This document shows, in pieces, positions 18,324 to 29,813 of a DNA stretch of 64,000 bases (position 1 is the first letter of the stretch; each line of letters opens with the position of its first letter). The position numbers and the translations under genes were made by a program. This stretch comes from a plasmid, in the sequence record OW849071.1. One strand, written 5' to 3'. The notes under the pieces were generated by a model, which worked only from the letters and a program-made list of their open reading frames with translations, ran no database searches and was not told where the DNA came from.

Positions 18324-19931
18324 TTATTTCAGTCCGATATAGTCGTAGTTGACTGGTACATGCACTGGATCGACATACAGCGCGTCCTCGCCCCCCATGC
18401 GTGCGGAATGTACGGTGTAGCGCTTCTCGTTGAATACCGGCACCCAGGGCGCGTCATCCATTGCAGTGATGAAGATTTTGCGCCAGGCTTCAATGCGCGC
18501 GTCCTGCTGGTCGGGTTTCACCATGCTGTCCGCCGCGGCCGCCTGCGCGTCCAGCGCTTTGTTGCAGTAGCGCGCCCAGTTCCAGCCGCCCTCTACCGCC
18601 CCGGCGCAGCCGAGGATCGGGCCATAGAAGTTGGAGGGATCCGGGAAATCGGCGATCCACGCCATGCCGCCGGACCAGACCATCGGCGCTTGGCTGGCGG
18701 AGCCGCCCGCCGCAATCACATTCGCCTGCGCCAGGGATTTGATGCTGGCGTGGATGCCCACTTTGGCCAGATCCTGCTGGATAGACTGAGCGATACGCGG
18801 CTGCGGATCGGTATTCATCACGTACAGTTCGGTAGCAAAACCGTTGGGGAAACCCGCTTCGCTGAGCAGTTGCTTCGCTTTTGCCGGGTCGTAGCTGAAA
18901 CCCTGATATGCCTTGTCATAACCGGGCATGGCGGGTGGCAGTGGCTGGTTGGCCGGCGCCGCGCGTCCATTAATGATGCGCACGATGCGATCTTTGTTGA
19001 CCGCCATGTTCACCGCCTGGCGGACTTTGAGATTATCGAAAGGCGGCAGCGTGGTTTTCATCGTCACGTAGCCGGTCTGCAACTGGTCGCCGGTGACCAT
19101 CAGGCCCTTATAGGCCGGGTTGTTTTTAAACGACAGAAACTGTGCGGGCGGTACGCCGTCGCCGGCAATATCCACTTCGCCTTTTTCCAGCCGCAGCAGA
19201 GCGACCGAGGGATCCTGTCCCATTTCGAACTTTATGTGATCCAGCCGCGGCACGCCGGCTTTAAAGTAGTTCGGGTTTTTGCGGAAGATCAGCTCCTGGC
19301 CCAGCTTCCACTCCTGGAGCTCAAACGCGCCGCTGCCGACCGGATGCTTGCCGAAGTCGGCACCCCATTTCTCCACCTCCTCACGGGGAACCACCGAGGC
19401 AAAGTTCAGCGCCAGCACATGCAGGAAGGTGGCGTTGGGCTCTTTCAGAGTGATTTTTACCGTATGATCGTCGACGACCTCGATACCGCTCAGGGTCGTG
19501 CTTTTACCGCTAGCCTCCTCGTCATAGCCCGCGATGGGACTGAAGAACCCGGCGCCCGGACTTTGGGTTTTCGGGTTGACTGTGCGTTCCAGAGAATATT
19601 TCACGTCCGCCGCCGTGACCTCGCGGCCGTTGTGGAATTTCACCCCTTTGCGTAGCACAAAGGTGTAGACCTTGCCGTCCTCGGAAATGGCGTAGCTCTC
19701 CGCCAGGTCGTTCACCAACTCGGTGGTGCCGGGACGATAGTCCATCAGGCCGTCGAACAGGCTTTTGATCATCGACCAGTTTTGCCAGTCATAGCCAATG
19801 GCCGGATCGAGGGTCGCCACGTCGTTCTGGTAGGTCACCACGATATCGCCGCCGGTCTTCTCGTCAGCCTGCGCGCCATAAGAGAAACAGGCCGCGGCCA
19901 CCGCCATTGTCAATAACGCATTTTTCATCAT
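18324..19931 (-). CDS. Periplasmic substrate-binding protein, family 5 (DppA/OppA/NikA-like).
   Basis: 535 aa with a signal peptide MMKNALLTMAVAAACFSYGAQA; size and context match SBP_bac_5 proteins. Confidence 0.75.
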   Translation of the reverse strand: MMKNALLTMAVAAACFSYGAQADEKTGGDIVVTYQNDVATLDPAIGYDWQNWSMIKSLFDGLMDYRPGTTELVNDLAESYAISEDGKVYTFVLRKGVKFHNGREVTAADVKYSLERTVNPKTQSPGAGFFSPIAGYDEEASGKSTTLSGIEVVDDHTVKITLKEPNATFLHVLALNFASVVPREEVEKWGADFGKHPVGSGAFELQEWKLGQELIFRKNPNYFKAGVPRLDHIKFEMGQDPSVALLRLEKGEVDIAGDGVPPAQFLSFKNNPAYKGLMVTGDQLQTGYVTMKTTLPPFDNLKVRQAVNMAVNKDRIVRIINGRAAPANQPLPPAMPGYDKAYQGFSYDPAKAKQLLSEAGFPNGFATELYVMNTDPQPRIAQSIQQDLAKVGIHASIKSLAQANVIAAGGSASQAPMVWSGGMAWIADFPDPSNFYGPILGCAGAVEGGWNWARYCNKALDAQAAAADSMVKPDQQDARIEAWRKIFITAMDDAPWVPVFNEKRYTVHSARMGGEDALYVDPVHVPVNYDYIGLK

Positions 19932-19940
19932 CTTCCCCTG

Positions 19941-20861
19941 CTACTTTTTGACATCAATGCGCGGATCGACCCACGGCAGCACCAGATCCGCAATAAGGTT
20001 GCCGCCAACAATGGCAACCGCTGACACGGTGGTTACCCCGACAATCACCGGGATATCCACCTGTTGAATCGCCTGCCAGGCCAGCTGACCGATACCCGGC
20101 CAGCCAAAGACCGATTCGACTACCACCAGTCCGCCCATAAAAATGCCGATATCAATGCCTATCATCGGAATTAGCGGCAGCACGGCATTCGGCAGCACGT
20201 GACGCAGCAGTACGCGGGTTCGGCCCAGCCCTTTGGCCCGCGCGGTACGGATAAAATCCTGATGCAGCACCTCAATCATCGACGAGCGCAACATGCGTGA
20301 ATACCAGCCGCTGCCGAGCAGGCCGAGGGTTAGCGCCGGTAGCGCCAGATGGCTGAAGCCGCCATAGCCTCCCATCGGGAACCAGTTGAGTACCACGGCG
20401 AAAAGATAGAGAAAAAGCATCGCGGCGATGAACTGCGGCGCCGAAACACCGATAAAGGAGAGCGCCATCAGAAGCCGGTCCGCCAGCCCGCCGCGTTTTA
20501 ACGCCGCCAGGGTGCCGAGTGCGATCCCCAGTACCAACTCGCAGAGAATACCCGCCGCCATCAGCTGCAGTGACGGCCCGATACGGGCGGAAACCAGTTC
20601 ACTCACTTCGCTGCGCTGAATAAACGAGCGTCCCAGATCGCCGTGCAGCAGCCCCTGCAGATAACGCCAATATTGCTGATAAAACGGAAGATCCAACCCC
20701 AACTGATGGCGGATGTTTTCGACTACTTCCGGCGTGGCACTGCGCCCGGCGATTTGGCGCGCTGGATCGGCGGGCAACATAAACAGCAGCAAATAGCAGA
20801 TCAACGTAACGCCAAGCAGGATCAGCCCGGCATGCAACAGACGTTTTCCCAGAAATAGCAT
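19941..20861 (-). CDS. ABC transporter permease (DppB/OppB-like).
   Basis: 306 aa, polytopic, with the EAA-like loop region typical of BPD_transp_1 permeases. Confidence 0.75.
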   Translation of the reverse strand: MLFLGKRLLHAGLILLGVTLICYLLLFMLPADPARQIAGRSATPEVVENIRHQLGLDLPFYQQYWRYLQGLLHGDLGRSFIQRSEVSELVSARIGPSLQLMAAGILCELVLGIALGTLAALKRGGLADRLLMALSFIGVSAPQFIAAMLFLYLFAVVLNWFPMGGYGGFSHLALPALTLGLLGSGWYSRMLRSSMIEVLHQDFIRTARAKGLGRTRVLLRHVLPNAVLPLIPMIGIDIGIFMGGLVVVESVFGWPGIGQLAWQAIQQVDIPVIVGVTTVSAVAIVGGNLIADLVLPWVDPRIDVKK

Positions 20862-21709
20862 TAGTTTCGTCCTTTTAAGCCGGGATCGAGGGCGTCGCGC
20901 AGGGCGTCACCAGCGATATTGAAAGAGAGCGACAGCAGCACAATCGCCGCGCCGGGAAAGAACACCAGCCAGGGAGCCGAAGTAAAATAGCTCTGGCTTT
21001 CAAAGATGATGTTGCCCCAACTCGGCGTTGGCGGCTGTACCCCCACCCCGAGGAACGATAGAGTAGCTTCCAGCAGGACTGTGGTGGAGATGCCTAGTGT
21101 GGCCCAGACCAGCACCGTTGGCGCCAGATGTGGAATTAAATGCACGCCGAGAATACGCAACGTTCCGGCCCCCAGGGTGCGTTCCACGGCGATAAAGTCG
21201 CGGGCGCTAAGCGCGCTAGTTTCGGCGTAGATAACCCTGGCGATCTGCACCCAGTTCACCATGGCGATCACCAGGGACACGATCCAGACACTTGGCTGGA
21301 AAATCGCCGCCAGGGCAATCGCCAGCAGCAGTGCGGGAAACGCCATCATCAGATCGGTAAAGCGCATCAGCAGCCCTCCGATACGCCCCTGCAGATAACC
21401 TGCGCTAAGCCCTACCAGGACGCCGATCAGTACTGCAGTGCCGTTGGCGACAACACCGATGAGTAACGAAGTACGAGCTCCGTAAATTAAACGCGAGAAG
21501 AGATCGCGTCCCAGCAGATCGGTTCCCAGCCAGTAAGTGCTGTTGGGAGAAAGCGGTGCGCCTTCCAGGCTCAGTCCCTCGACAAACTGTTCATCGGGAT
21601 CGAAGGGGGTGAGCCAGGGGGCAAACAGCGCGCTCATCACCACCAGGAGAATAAACAGCAGCGAGAGCAGCAGGGCTGGCCGGCGCAGAAAATATCCGAC
21701 TCTATTCAT
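20861..21709 (-). CDS. ABC transporter permease (DppC/OppC-like).
   Basis: The start is taken as MNRVGYFLRRPALLLSLLFIL at 21709. This ATG overlaps the amiR-like stop in an ATGA arrangement. Confidence 0.7.
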   Translation of the reverse strand: MNRVGYFLRRPALLLSLLFILLVVMSALFAPWLTPFDPDEQFVEGLSLEGAPLSPNSTYWLGTDLLGRDLFSRLIYGARTSLLIGVVANGTAVLIGVLVGLSAGYLQGRIGGLLMRFTDLMMAFPALLLAIALAAIFQPSVWIVSLVIAMVNWVQIARVIYAETSALSARDFIAVERTLGAGTLRILGVHLIPHLAPTVLVWATLGISTTVLLEATLSFLGVGVQPPTPSWGNIIFESQSYFTSAPWLVFFPGAAIVLLSLSFNIAGDALRDALDPGLKGRN

Positions 21710-22299
21710 TGTGCTCCCCGCTTGCCGGACGACATTCGTAGCAGCCACTTCTGCGCCACCTGTGCCACCGACTGGTTCGTACACATTGATTCCGAGCGCA
21801 GGCGAACCCATGCCTGTTGTTCATCAATACTTTCCGCTTGCATCTGGGCCGCCAGAGCTTGGGTAATCTGCGGCATTGCTGCCAGACGCTGGCGCAGTAG
21901 CATCTGTTGCTGTTGAATGTCATGCAACTGCTGACGCAGCCCCACTGCCATCATCAGGGTGGTATAGATGGCTCGCTGTGTAATAGGCTTGGTAAGGAGC
22001 GCTGTTGCCCCTAACTCCAGCGCGCGCTGTACCTGGTAAAGTCCCTCATGTGAGGTCAGCGCGATCACCGGTATTCCGGCCAGATTGATCTGGCTCAGGG
22101 TTAGCGGGCTGGCGAATGCCTCCAGTTCCACCAGTACTGCACAGGGGGTGAGAGGAGGTAAAGCCTCATCTCCGGTCAGGTGATGCCAGCGGATACCCAT
22201 CCGCGTCAGGTTTTTTTCCAGCGCTTCGCGACTCCTTGCTTCACAGTCTACCAGCAGGAGCGGCTGAGCATCTAAATCCGGGGACAGCAGCGTTTTCAT
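21706..22299 (-). CDS. AmiR-like response regulator with an ANTAR RNA-binding antiterminator domain.
   Basis: 197 aa with a pseudo-receiver N-terminal domain. The C-terminal coiled-coil/ANTAR segment (...QQLHDIQQQQMLLRQRLAAMPQITQALAAQMQAES...) resembles AmiR of P. aeruginosa. Its start overlaps the amiC-like stop by 4 nt. Confidence 0.65.
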   Translation of the reverse strand: MKTLLSPDLDAQPLLLVDCEARSREALEKNLTRMGIRWHHLTGDEALPPLTPCAVLVELEAFASPLTLSQINLAGIPVIALTSHEGLYQVQRALELGATALLTKPITQRAIYTTLMMAVGLRQQLHDIQQQQMLLRQRLAAMPQITQALAAQMQAESIDEQQAWVRLRSESMCTNQSVAQVAQKWLLRMSSGKRGAQ

Positions 22300-23423
22300 T
22301 TAACAATCCTCAGAGCAGGTCTGGCTGCAACCGTTCGGCTTTCACGTAGCTCGGTCGCGGAGAGATAGGGATCGGGCATAACCGGCAGCGGTTCGCGATG
22401 CAGTATCTGAAAGCAAGTTTGTTGCAACTCAGCGATGTAGCAGGGCAAACAGGCGTGGTTGTTTCGAGCCATTACTGAGCGAGCGCCCGGAGAATCAACG
22501 TCGTGCTGACGATGCAGTGCCGCCAGCACCGCACCCGGCTCGCTGTTTCCGGCCTCGCGCAGGCTATTGGCAAACAACCTTACTGCCCGCCAGCCGCCGA
22601 TATAGTAGTGGGAGATGCGCTGTGCGCCATGTTGCAGGTGCTGCCGCGCGCAAAAATCGAGATCGACGCTCTCAAAAAACGGTCCGCAGGAAAGCAAACG
22701 TACCGCCCTTAGTGGCGCGACTTCGGCGACTTCGGCTTCGGTAAAATTACAGCTGAGCACCGCTAACGTCCGCCGATCGCGAAGACAGGCCTCGTCCAGT
22801 GCGCGCAGAAACGCATAAGAGGTTTCGCCTACCAGGTTATTGAGTACAAAATCTACCTCTGTGCTGAGAATCGCCTCAATCAACTCGGTCACGTTGCTGT
22901 TTCTCAGGTGCAGATATTTTTCGCCCACCACCGTACCGCCGGAACCTTCCACTACCTCACGGGCGATACGATTGCTTTCCCAGCCCCAGACGTAGTTAGA
23001 GCCGATCAGCCAGGAGCGATTTCCGAACATATCCAGCGCCAGCCGCAGGAGTGGCAGCAGAGTCTGGTTCGGACAACCGCCCAGATATACGACCTGCTCG
23101 CAGCTCTCGAACCCCTCGTAAGGACAGCCATACCACAGCAGCAGGTTATGCTGCTCCAGGTCCGGGATAATCTCCTTCCGACTGGCAGAGGTAATGGTTC
23201 CGAAGATATGGCGGATGCCGTGAGCGATAAAGGTGCTCACCGCTTCACTGTAGGCTGCGAGTTCACCCGCAGGGTTGATATGTCGGGCCCGCAGCTGAAA
23301 AGGATAAGCAGGATCGGCATTGATTTCCTCTAAGGCATGGCGCGCACCAAGCAGTGTGCTGTTCGCCAGGTGGCTGTAGGTACCTTCTGTGGAAAGCAAA
23401 ATTCCAATATCAATAGTTTGCAC
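22296..23423 (-). CDS. AmiC-like ligand sensor (periplasmic-binding-protein-fold amide sensor; negative regulator of AmiR).
   Basis: 375 aa, MQTIDIGILLSTEGTYSHLANSTLLGARHALEEINAD...; LivJ-like type I PBP fold without a signal peptide, like AmiC. It has a GTG start and sits immediately upstream of the amiR-like gene. Confidence 0.65.
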   Translation of the reverse strand: MQTIDIGILLSTEGTYSHLANSTLLGARHALEEINADPAYPFQLRARHINPAGELAAYSEAVSTFIAHGIRHIFGTITSASRKEIIPDLEQHNLLLWYGCPYEGFESCEQVVYLGGCPNQTLLPLLRLALDMFGNRSWLIGSNYVWGWESNRIAREVVEGSGGTVVGEKYLHLRNSNVTELIEAILSTEVDFVLNNLVGETSYAFLRALDEACLRDRRTLAVLSCNFTEAEVAEVAPLRAVRLLSCGPFFESVDLDFCARQHLQHGAQRISHYYIGGWRAVRLFANSLREAGNSEPGAVLAALHRQHDVDSPGARSVMARNNHACLPCYIAELQQTCFQILHREPLPVMPDPYLSATELRESRTVAARPALRIVK

Positions 23424-23441
23424 GTATGTTTGCTCTCTGCA

Positions 23442-23484
23442 TTAATAAAAAAGCCTGATTGTCCTTATTAGGACAATCAGGCTT
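23442..23484 (-). terminator. Rho-independent terminator-like hairpin in the leader directly upstream of the amiC-like gene.
   Basis: On the minus strand: aagcctgattgtcc-taataa-ggacaatcaggctt. This is a perfect 14-bp stem with a 6-nt loop, followed by ttttttatt. It ends ~20 nt before the GTG start at 23423. Confidence 0.6.
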
Positions 23485-24011
23485 CATTACCTGTCGATAT
23501 TTAATGGATTCAAGGCTTAAGGGTTGCCCCTGCTTGCATATACCCGACATGAAAAATTCATGCCATTTTTAAAGCACAGTTAAATCAATGGATTATTTAT
23601 TTTTGGAGACACTTTTGCACCAATGGGATGCGGCTTGCTCAGTTATGGTGCAATTTTCTGATGCAGTCTGGTCTCTTCAACATGAGGTGGAGTAATGCAC
23701 ACCTGTTTTAGTTCCACGCACTTTTTGAGAGTTCCGGTTTTTCAGCCATCAGCAGGTGATCCTCCGGCGTCAGGTTATTCAGGGATTCATGGGGACGCTC
23801 TGGATGGAAGATCCTCGTGACGAAGCCGAATTTGCCCCCGGCCACGTGCTTTTTTTCGAGCGTAATGTTGTCCATGCATTACCAACCCTTCTTGAAGAAC
23901 CCGTAATATTTCTGTCATTGGCCAGCCCTCGTCGTGCTCCTGAAGATATTACCTTTGTTGACCCGAAAGATGGCACTGCCAGAACCTTTATGGCCAGAAA
24001 TAATGAGTCAG

Positions 24012-24493
24012 CATAAAGGGCCAGAACCAAAGGTAAGGTGGAGCGGATGGTGAAATACCTCAAGGAGAACTTCTTCGTCCGGTACCGCCGGTTCGACAGC
24101 TTCGCCCAGGTTAATCAGCTACTGGAGCAGTGGATGGCTGACGTTGCCGACAGGCGGGAACTTCGCCAGTTCAGGCAGACACCGGAACAGCGCTTCACGC
24201 AGGAACAGGAGCATCTGCAGCCGTTGCCGGATACGGACTTCGATACCAGCTACTTCGATATCCGTCATGTCTCCTGGGATGGCTATATCGAGGTTGGCGG
24301 AAACCGTTACAGCGTGCCGGAAAGCCTGTGTGGCCAGCCGGTATCAATACGGATTTCGCTGGATGATGAACTGCGGATCTACAGTAATGAGCAGCAGATG
24401 GCATCGCACCGTCTCTGTTCGGCTGCATCCGGCTGGCAGACCGTGCCGGAGCATCACGCCCCGCTCTGGCAGCAGGTCAGTCAGGTGGAACCC
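24012..24493 (+). pseudogene. IS21-family IstA transposase, 3' fragment.
   Basis: ...ARTKGKVERMVKYLKENFFVRYRRFDSFAQVNQLLEQWMADVADRRELRQF...HHAPLWQQVSQVE matches the C-terminal ~155 aa of IS21 IstA as I recall it. It is 5'-truncated, and its C-terminal end is replaced where an IS903 end abuts. Confidence 0.7.
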
Positions 24494-24521
24494 GAAATCT
24501 GATTTATTCAACAAAGCCGCA
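24493..24521 (+). repeat. Solo IS903 terminal-repeat remnant (~29 bp).
   Basis: cccgaaatctgatttattcaacaaagcc is identical to the right end of the IS903 copy at 54709-54737. No IS903 body accompanies it. Confidence 0.7.
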
Positions 24522-24917
24522 CCAAATCATCACTCGAAGATATTCAGGCATGGTACATCCGCGGCAAGCCCCTAATTTGTACTGAGGGGCAAAGTGAAAA
24601 AAGTTACTTTTTGTTGAAACGACAGTTAGCAATAACCCCCGCTTGCGGGGGCCATACCCACCAGGAGCAAACGCAGAAAGCCCGAGATACTTCTGCTGTA
24701 CCGGGGGCTGGCGACATTTCAGGCAACACTCATAGTTGACATCCTCCCCGCCCTAAAGGGCGGGGAGGATGTCAATAATAGCAGACCACATCATGATGTC
24801 ATTCTGACCGACAGATGCCAGAAGCAGAGGATCCATCCCATTTTATACCTACCTTATAACACTTAGAAAAACAACATGTTAAAAATGTTTATTGGAAACA
24901 ATTTTAAGTCCAATTGT

Positions 24918-24945
24918 AATGATAACCATTCTCATATTAATATGG
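24918..24945 (+). promoter_or_regulatory. Fur box / fecI promoter region.
   Basis: gtaatgataaccattctcatattaat matches the E. coli fecI upstream Fur operator almost base-for-base as I recall it. Confidence 0.6.
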
Positions 24946-24977
24946 CTACGTGATAATTAACTTTTGATGCACTCCGC

Positions 24978-25499
24978 ATGTCTGACCGTGCCACTACCAC
25001 AGCTTCCTTAACGTTCGAGTCGCTTTATGGCACCCATCACGGCTGGTTGAAAAGTTGGCTGACGCGCAAACTCCAGTCTGCCTTTGATGCAGATGACATT
25101 GCCCAGGACACTTTTTTGCGGGTAATGAGCAGCGAAACGCTCTCGACGATCCGCGATCCTCGCTCTTTCCTGTGCACTATCGCCAAACGCGTGATGGTGG
25201 ACCTGTTTCGCCGAAACGCGCTGGAAAAAGCGTATCTGGAGATGCTGGCGCTTATGCCGGAGGGGGGAGCGCCTTCACCTGAGGAACGCGAAAGCCAGCT
25301 CGAGACCCTACAACTCGTCGACAGCATGCTGGACGGGCTAAACGGAAAAACACGTGAAGCGTTTCTGCTTTCGCAACTGGATGGCCTGACATACAGCGAG
25401 ATTGCGCACAAACTCGGTGTTTCCGTCAGCTCCGTGAAAAAATACGTGGCGAAAGCCGTCGAGCACTGCCTGCTGTTTCGTCTGGAGCATGGGTTATGA
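24978..25499 (+). CDS. fecI: ECF sigma factor FecI.
   Basis: 173 aa with sigma-70 regions 2 and 4 ([28 protein letters not shown]...). It is followed by fecR and fecA in the canonical order. Confidence 0.9.
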   Translation: MSDRATTTASLTFESLYGTHHGWLKSWLTRKLQSAFDADDIAQDTFLRVMSSETLSTIRDPRSFLCTIAKRVMVDLFRRNALEKAYLEMLALMPEGGAPSPEERESQLETLQLVDSMLDGLNGKTREAFLLSQLDGLTYSEIAHKLGVSVSSVKKYVAKAVEHCLLFRLEHGL

Positions 25500-26449
25500 A
25501 TCCTTCGTTAACCGATTCCCGCCGTCAGGCGCTGCGTTCAGCTTCCCACTGGTATGCCGTGCTAAGCGGCGAGCGCGTCAGCCCACAACAGGAAGCGCGC
25601 TGGCAACAGTGGTATGAACAGGATCAGGATAACCAGTGGGCCTGGCAGCAGGTTGAAAACCTGCGCAACCAGCTTGGCGGTGTGCCTGGCGACGTTGCCA
25701 GCCGGGCGCTGCACGATACCCGCCTCACCCGCCGTCACGTGATGAAAGGATTACTGCTGTTGCTCGGCGCTGGCGGAGGCTGGCAACTCTGGCAGTCGGA
25801 AACCGGCGAAGGTCTGCGGGCAGATTACCGCACCCCCAAAGGCGCAGTCAGCCGTCAGCAACTGGAAGATGGCTCCCTGCTCACGCTGAATACCCAAAGC
25901 GCGGCGGATGTGCGTTTTGATGCGCATCAGCGCACCGTCCGGCTCTGGTACGGTGAAATCGCCATTACTACCGCGAAAGATGCGCAGCAACGCTCCTTCC
26001 GCGTCCTGACCCGTCAGGGCCAACTCACCGCTTTAGGGACAGAATTTACCGTCCGCCAGCAGGATAATTTCACGCAGCTTGACGTGCAGCAGCACGCCGT
26101 GGAAGTGCTTCTCGCCAGTGCCCCCGCGCAAAAACGCATCGTGAACGCTGGTGAAAGCCTGCAGTTCAGCGCCTCTGAGTTTGGCGCAGTGAAACCGCTG
26201 GATGACGAGAGTACAAGCTGGACGAAGGGCATCCTGAGCTTCAGCGATAAACCGCTGGGTGAGGTGATAGCCACGCTAAGCCGTTACCGCAACGGCGTGC
26301 TGCGCTGCGATCCCGCCGTTGCCGGGCTGCGCCTGAGCGGGACGTTCCCGCTGAAAAATACCGATGCGATCCTGAACGTTATCGCTCAAACGCTTCCCGT
26401 TAAAATTCAGTCTATTACGCGGTACTGGATAAACATTTCACCGCTGTAA
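25496..26449 (+). CDS. fecR: Anti-sigma/transmembrane signal transducer FecR.
   Basis: 317 aa ([39 protein letters not shown]...). It overlaps the fecI stop by 4 nt. Confidence 0.9.
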   Translation: MNPSLTDSRRQALRSASHWYAVLSGERVSPQQEARWQQWYEQDQDNQWAWQQVENLRNQLGGVPGDVASRALHDTRLTRRHVMKGLLLLLGAGGGWQLWQSETGEGLRADYRTPKGAVSRQQLEDGSLLTLNTQSAADVRFDAHQRTVRLWYGEIAITTAKDAQQRSFRVLTRQGQLTALGTEFTVRQQDNFTQLDVQQHAVEVLLASAPAQKRIVNAGESLQFSASEFGAVKPLDDESTSWTKGILSFSDKPLGEVIATLSRYRNGVLRCDPAVAGLRLSGTFPLKNTDAILNVIAQTLPVKIQSITRYWINISPL

Positions 26450-26500
26450 GAAAAATAATTCTCATTTCGATTGTCCTTTTTACCTTCTCGTTCGACTCAT
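26440..26500 (+). promoter_or_regulatory. FecI-dependent fecA promoter.
   Basis: aaaaataattctcatttcgattgtcctttttaccttctcgttcgactcatagctgaacacaaca is near-identical to the E. coli fecA promoter/leader. Confidence 0.65.
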
Positions 26501-26502
26501 AG

Positions 26503-28866
<2,364 letters not shown>

Positions 28867-28910
28867 TGTGTTAACGCCCGGCTTGCCGGGCTTTTAGCTG
28901 GAATGTGACT

Positions 28911-29813
28911 ATGTTGGCATTTATCCGTTTTCTTTTTGCAGGCCTGCTGCTGGTGATCGGCCACGCCTTTGCCGCCACGGTTCAGGACGAACACGGCACG
29001 TTTACACTCGATAAAACGCCACAACGGATTGTGGTGCTGGAACTCTCGTTCGCCGATGCGCTGGCCGCCGTGGACGTCAGCCCGATCGGTATTGCCGACG
29101 ATAACGATGCAAAACGCATCCTGCCCGAAGTGCGTGCGCACCTGAAACCGTGGCAGTCCGTCGGAACGCGCGCGCAGCCGAGCCTGGAAGCCATTGCTGC
29201 CCTGAAACCAGACCTGATCATTGCCGACAGCAGTCGCCATGCGGGGATTTACACCGCCTTGCAGCAAATCGCGCCGGTACTGCTGCTTAAGTCCCGCAAC
29301 GAAACCTACGCTGAAAATTTGCACTCAGCGGCTATCATCGGCGAAGTGGTAGGTAAAAAACGAGAGATGCAGGCGCGTCTGGAACAACATAAAGAGAAGA
29401 TGGCGCAGTGGGCCAGCCAGCTTCCCACAGGGACACGCGTGGCCTTTGGCACATCACGCGAACAGCTATTCAACCTGCATACCCAGGAGACCTGGACCGG
29501 CAGCGTGCTGGCTTCTCTGGGGCTGAACGTTCCCGCTGCGATGGCGGGCGCGTCCATGCCGTCCATCGGCCTGGAGCAACTGCTGGCGGTCAATCCTGCC
29601 TGGCTGCTGGTTGCCCACTATCGCGAAGAGAGCATTGTTAAACGCTGGCAACAAGATCCGCTCTGGCAGATATTAACCGCCGCGCAGAAGCAGCAGGTTG
29701 CTTCAGTCGACAGTAACGCCTGGGCGCGGATGCGCGGTATTTTTGCCGCAGAGCGTATTGCCGCTGACACGGTAAAAATCTTCCACCATCAGCCGCTTAC
29801 CGATATGAAATGA
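28911..29813 (+). CDS. fecB: Periplasmic ferric-dicitrate binding protein FecB.
   Basis: MLAFIRFLFAGLLLVIGHAFAATVQDEHGTFTL... matches E. coli FecB closely. Confidence 0.9.
   Translation: MLAFIRFLFAGLLLVIGHAFAATVQDEHGTFTLDKTPQRIVVLELSFADALAAVDVSPIGIADDNDAKRILPEVRAHLKPWQSVGTRAQPSLEAIAALKPDLIIADSSRHAGIYTALQQIAPVLLLKSRNETYAENLHSAAIIGEVVGKKREMQARLEQHKEKMAQWASQLPTGTRVAFGTSREQLFNLHTQETWTGSVLASLGLNVPAAMAGASMPSIGLEQLLAVNPAWLLVAHYREESIVKRWQQDPLWQILTAAQKQQVASVDSNAWARMRGIFAAERIAADTVKIFHHQPLTDMK

Noticed and set aside
23447-23484. Whether the terminator loop (UAAUAA on the RNA) matches the ANTAR hexaloop consensus.
   Set aside because: The loop of the terminator itself does not fit the A..G.. hexaloop pattern. 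ANTAR binding would need the separate upstream dual hairpins, which I could not fold by eye. The ANTAR-target assignment stays a hypothesis, not a feature.
23756-24016. An 86-aa ORF upstream of the IS21 fragment, considered as a cupin or regulator fragment.
   Set aside because: No convincing motif is present. It abuts the IS21-derived sequence without its own stop context. It is probably a gene remnant of unknown origin, so it was left unannotated as a feature.
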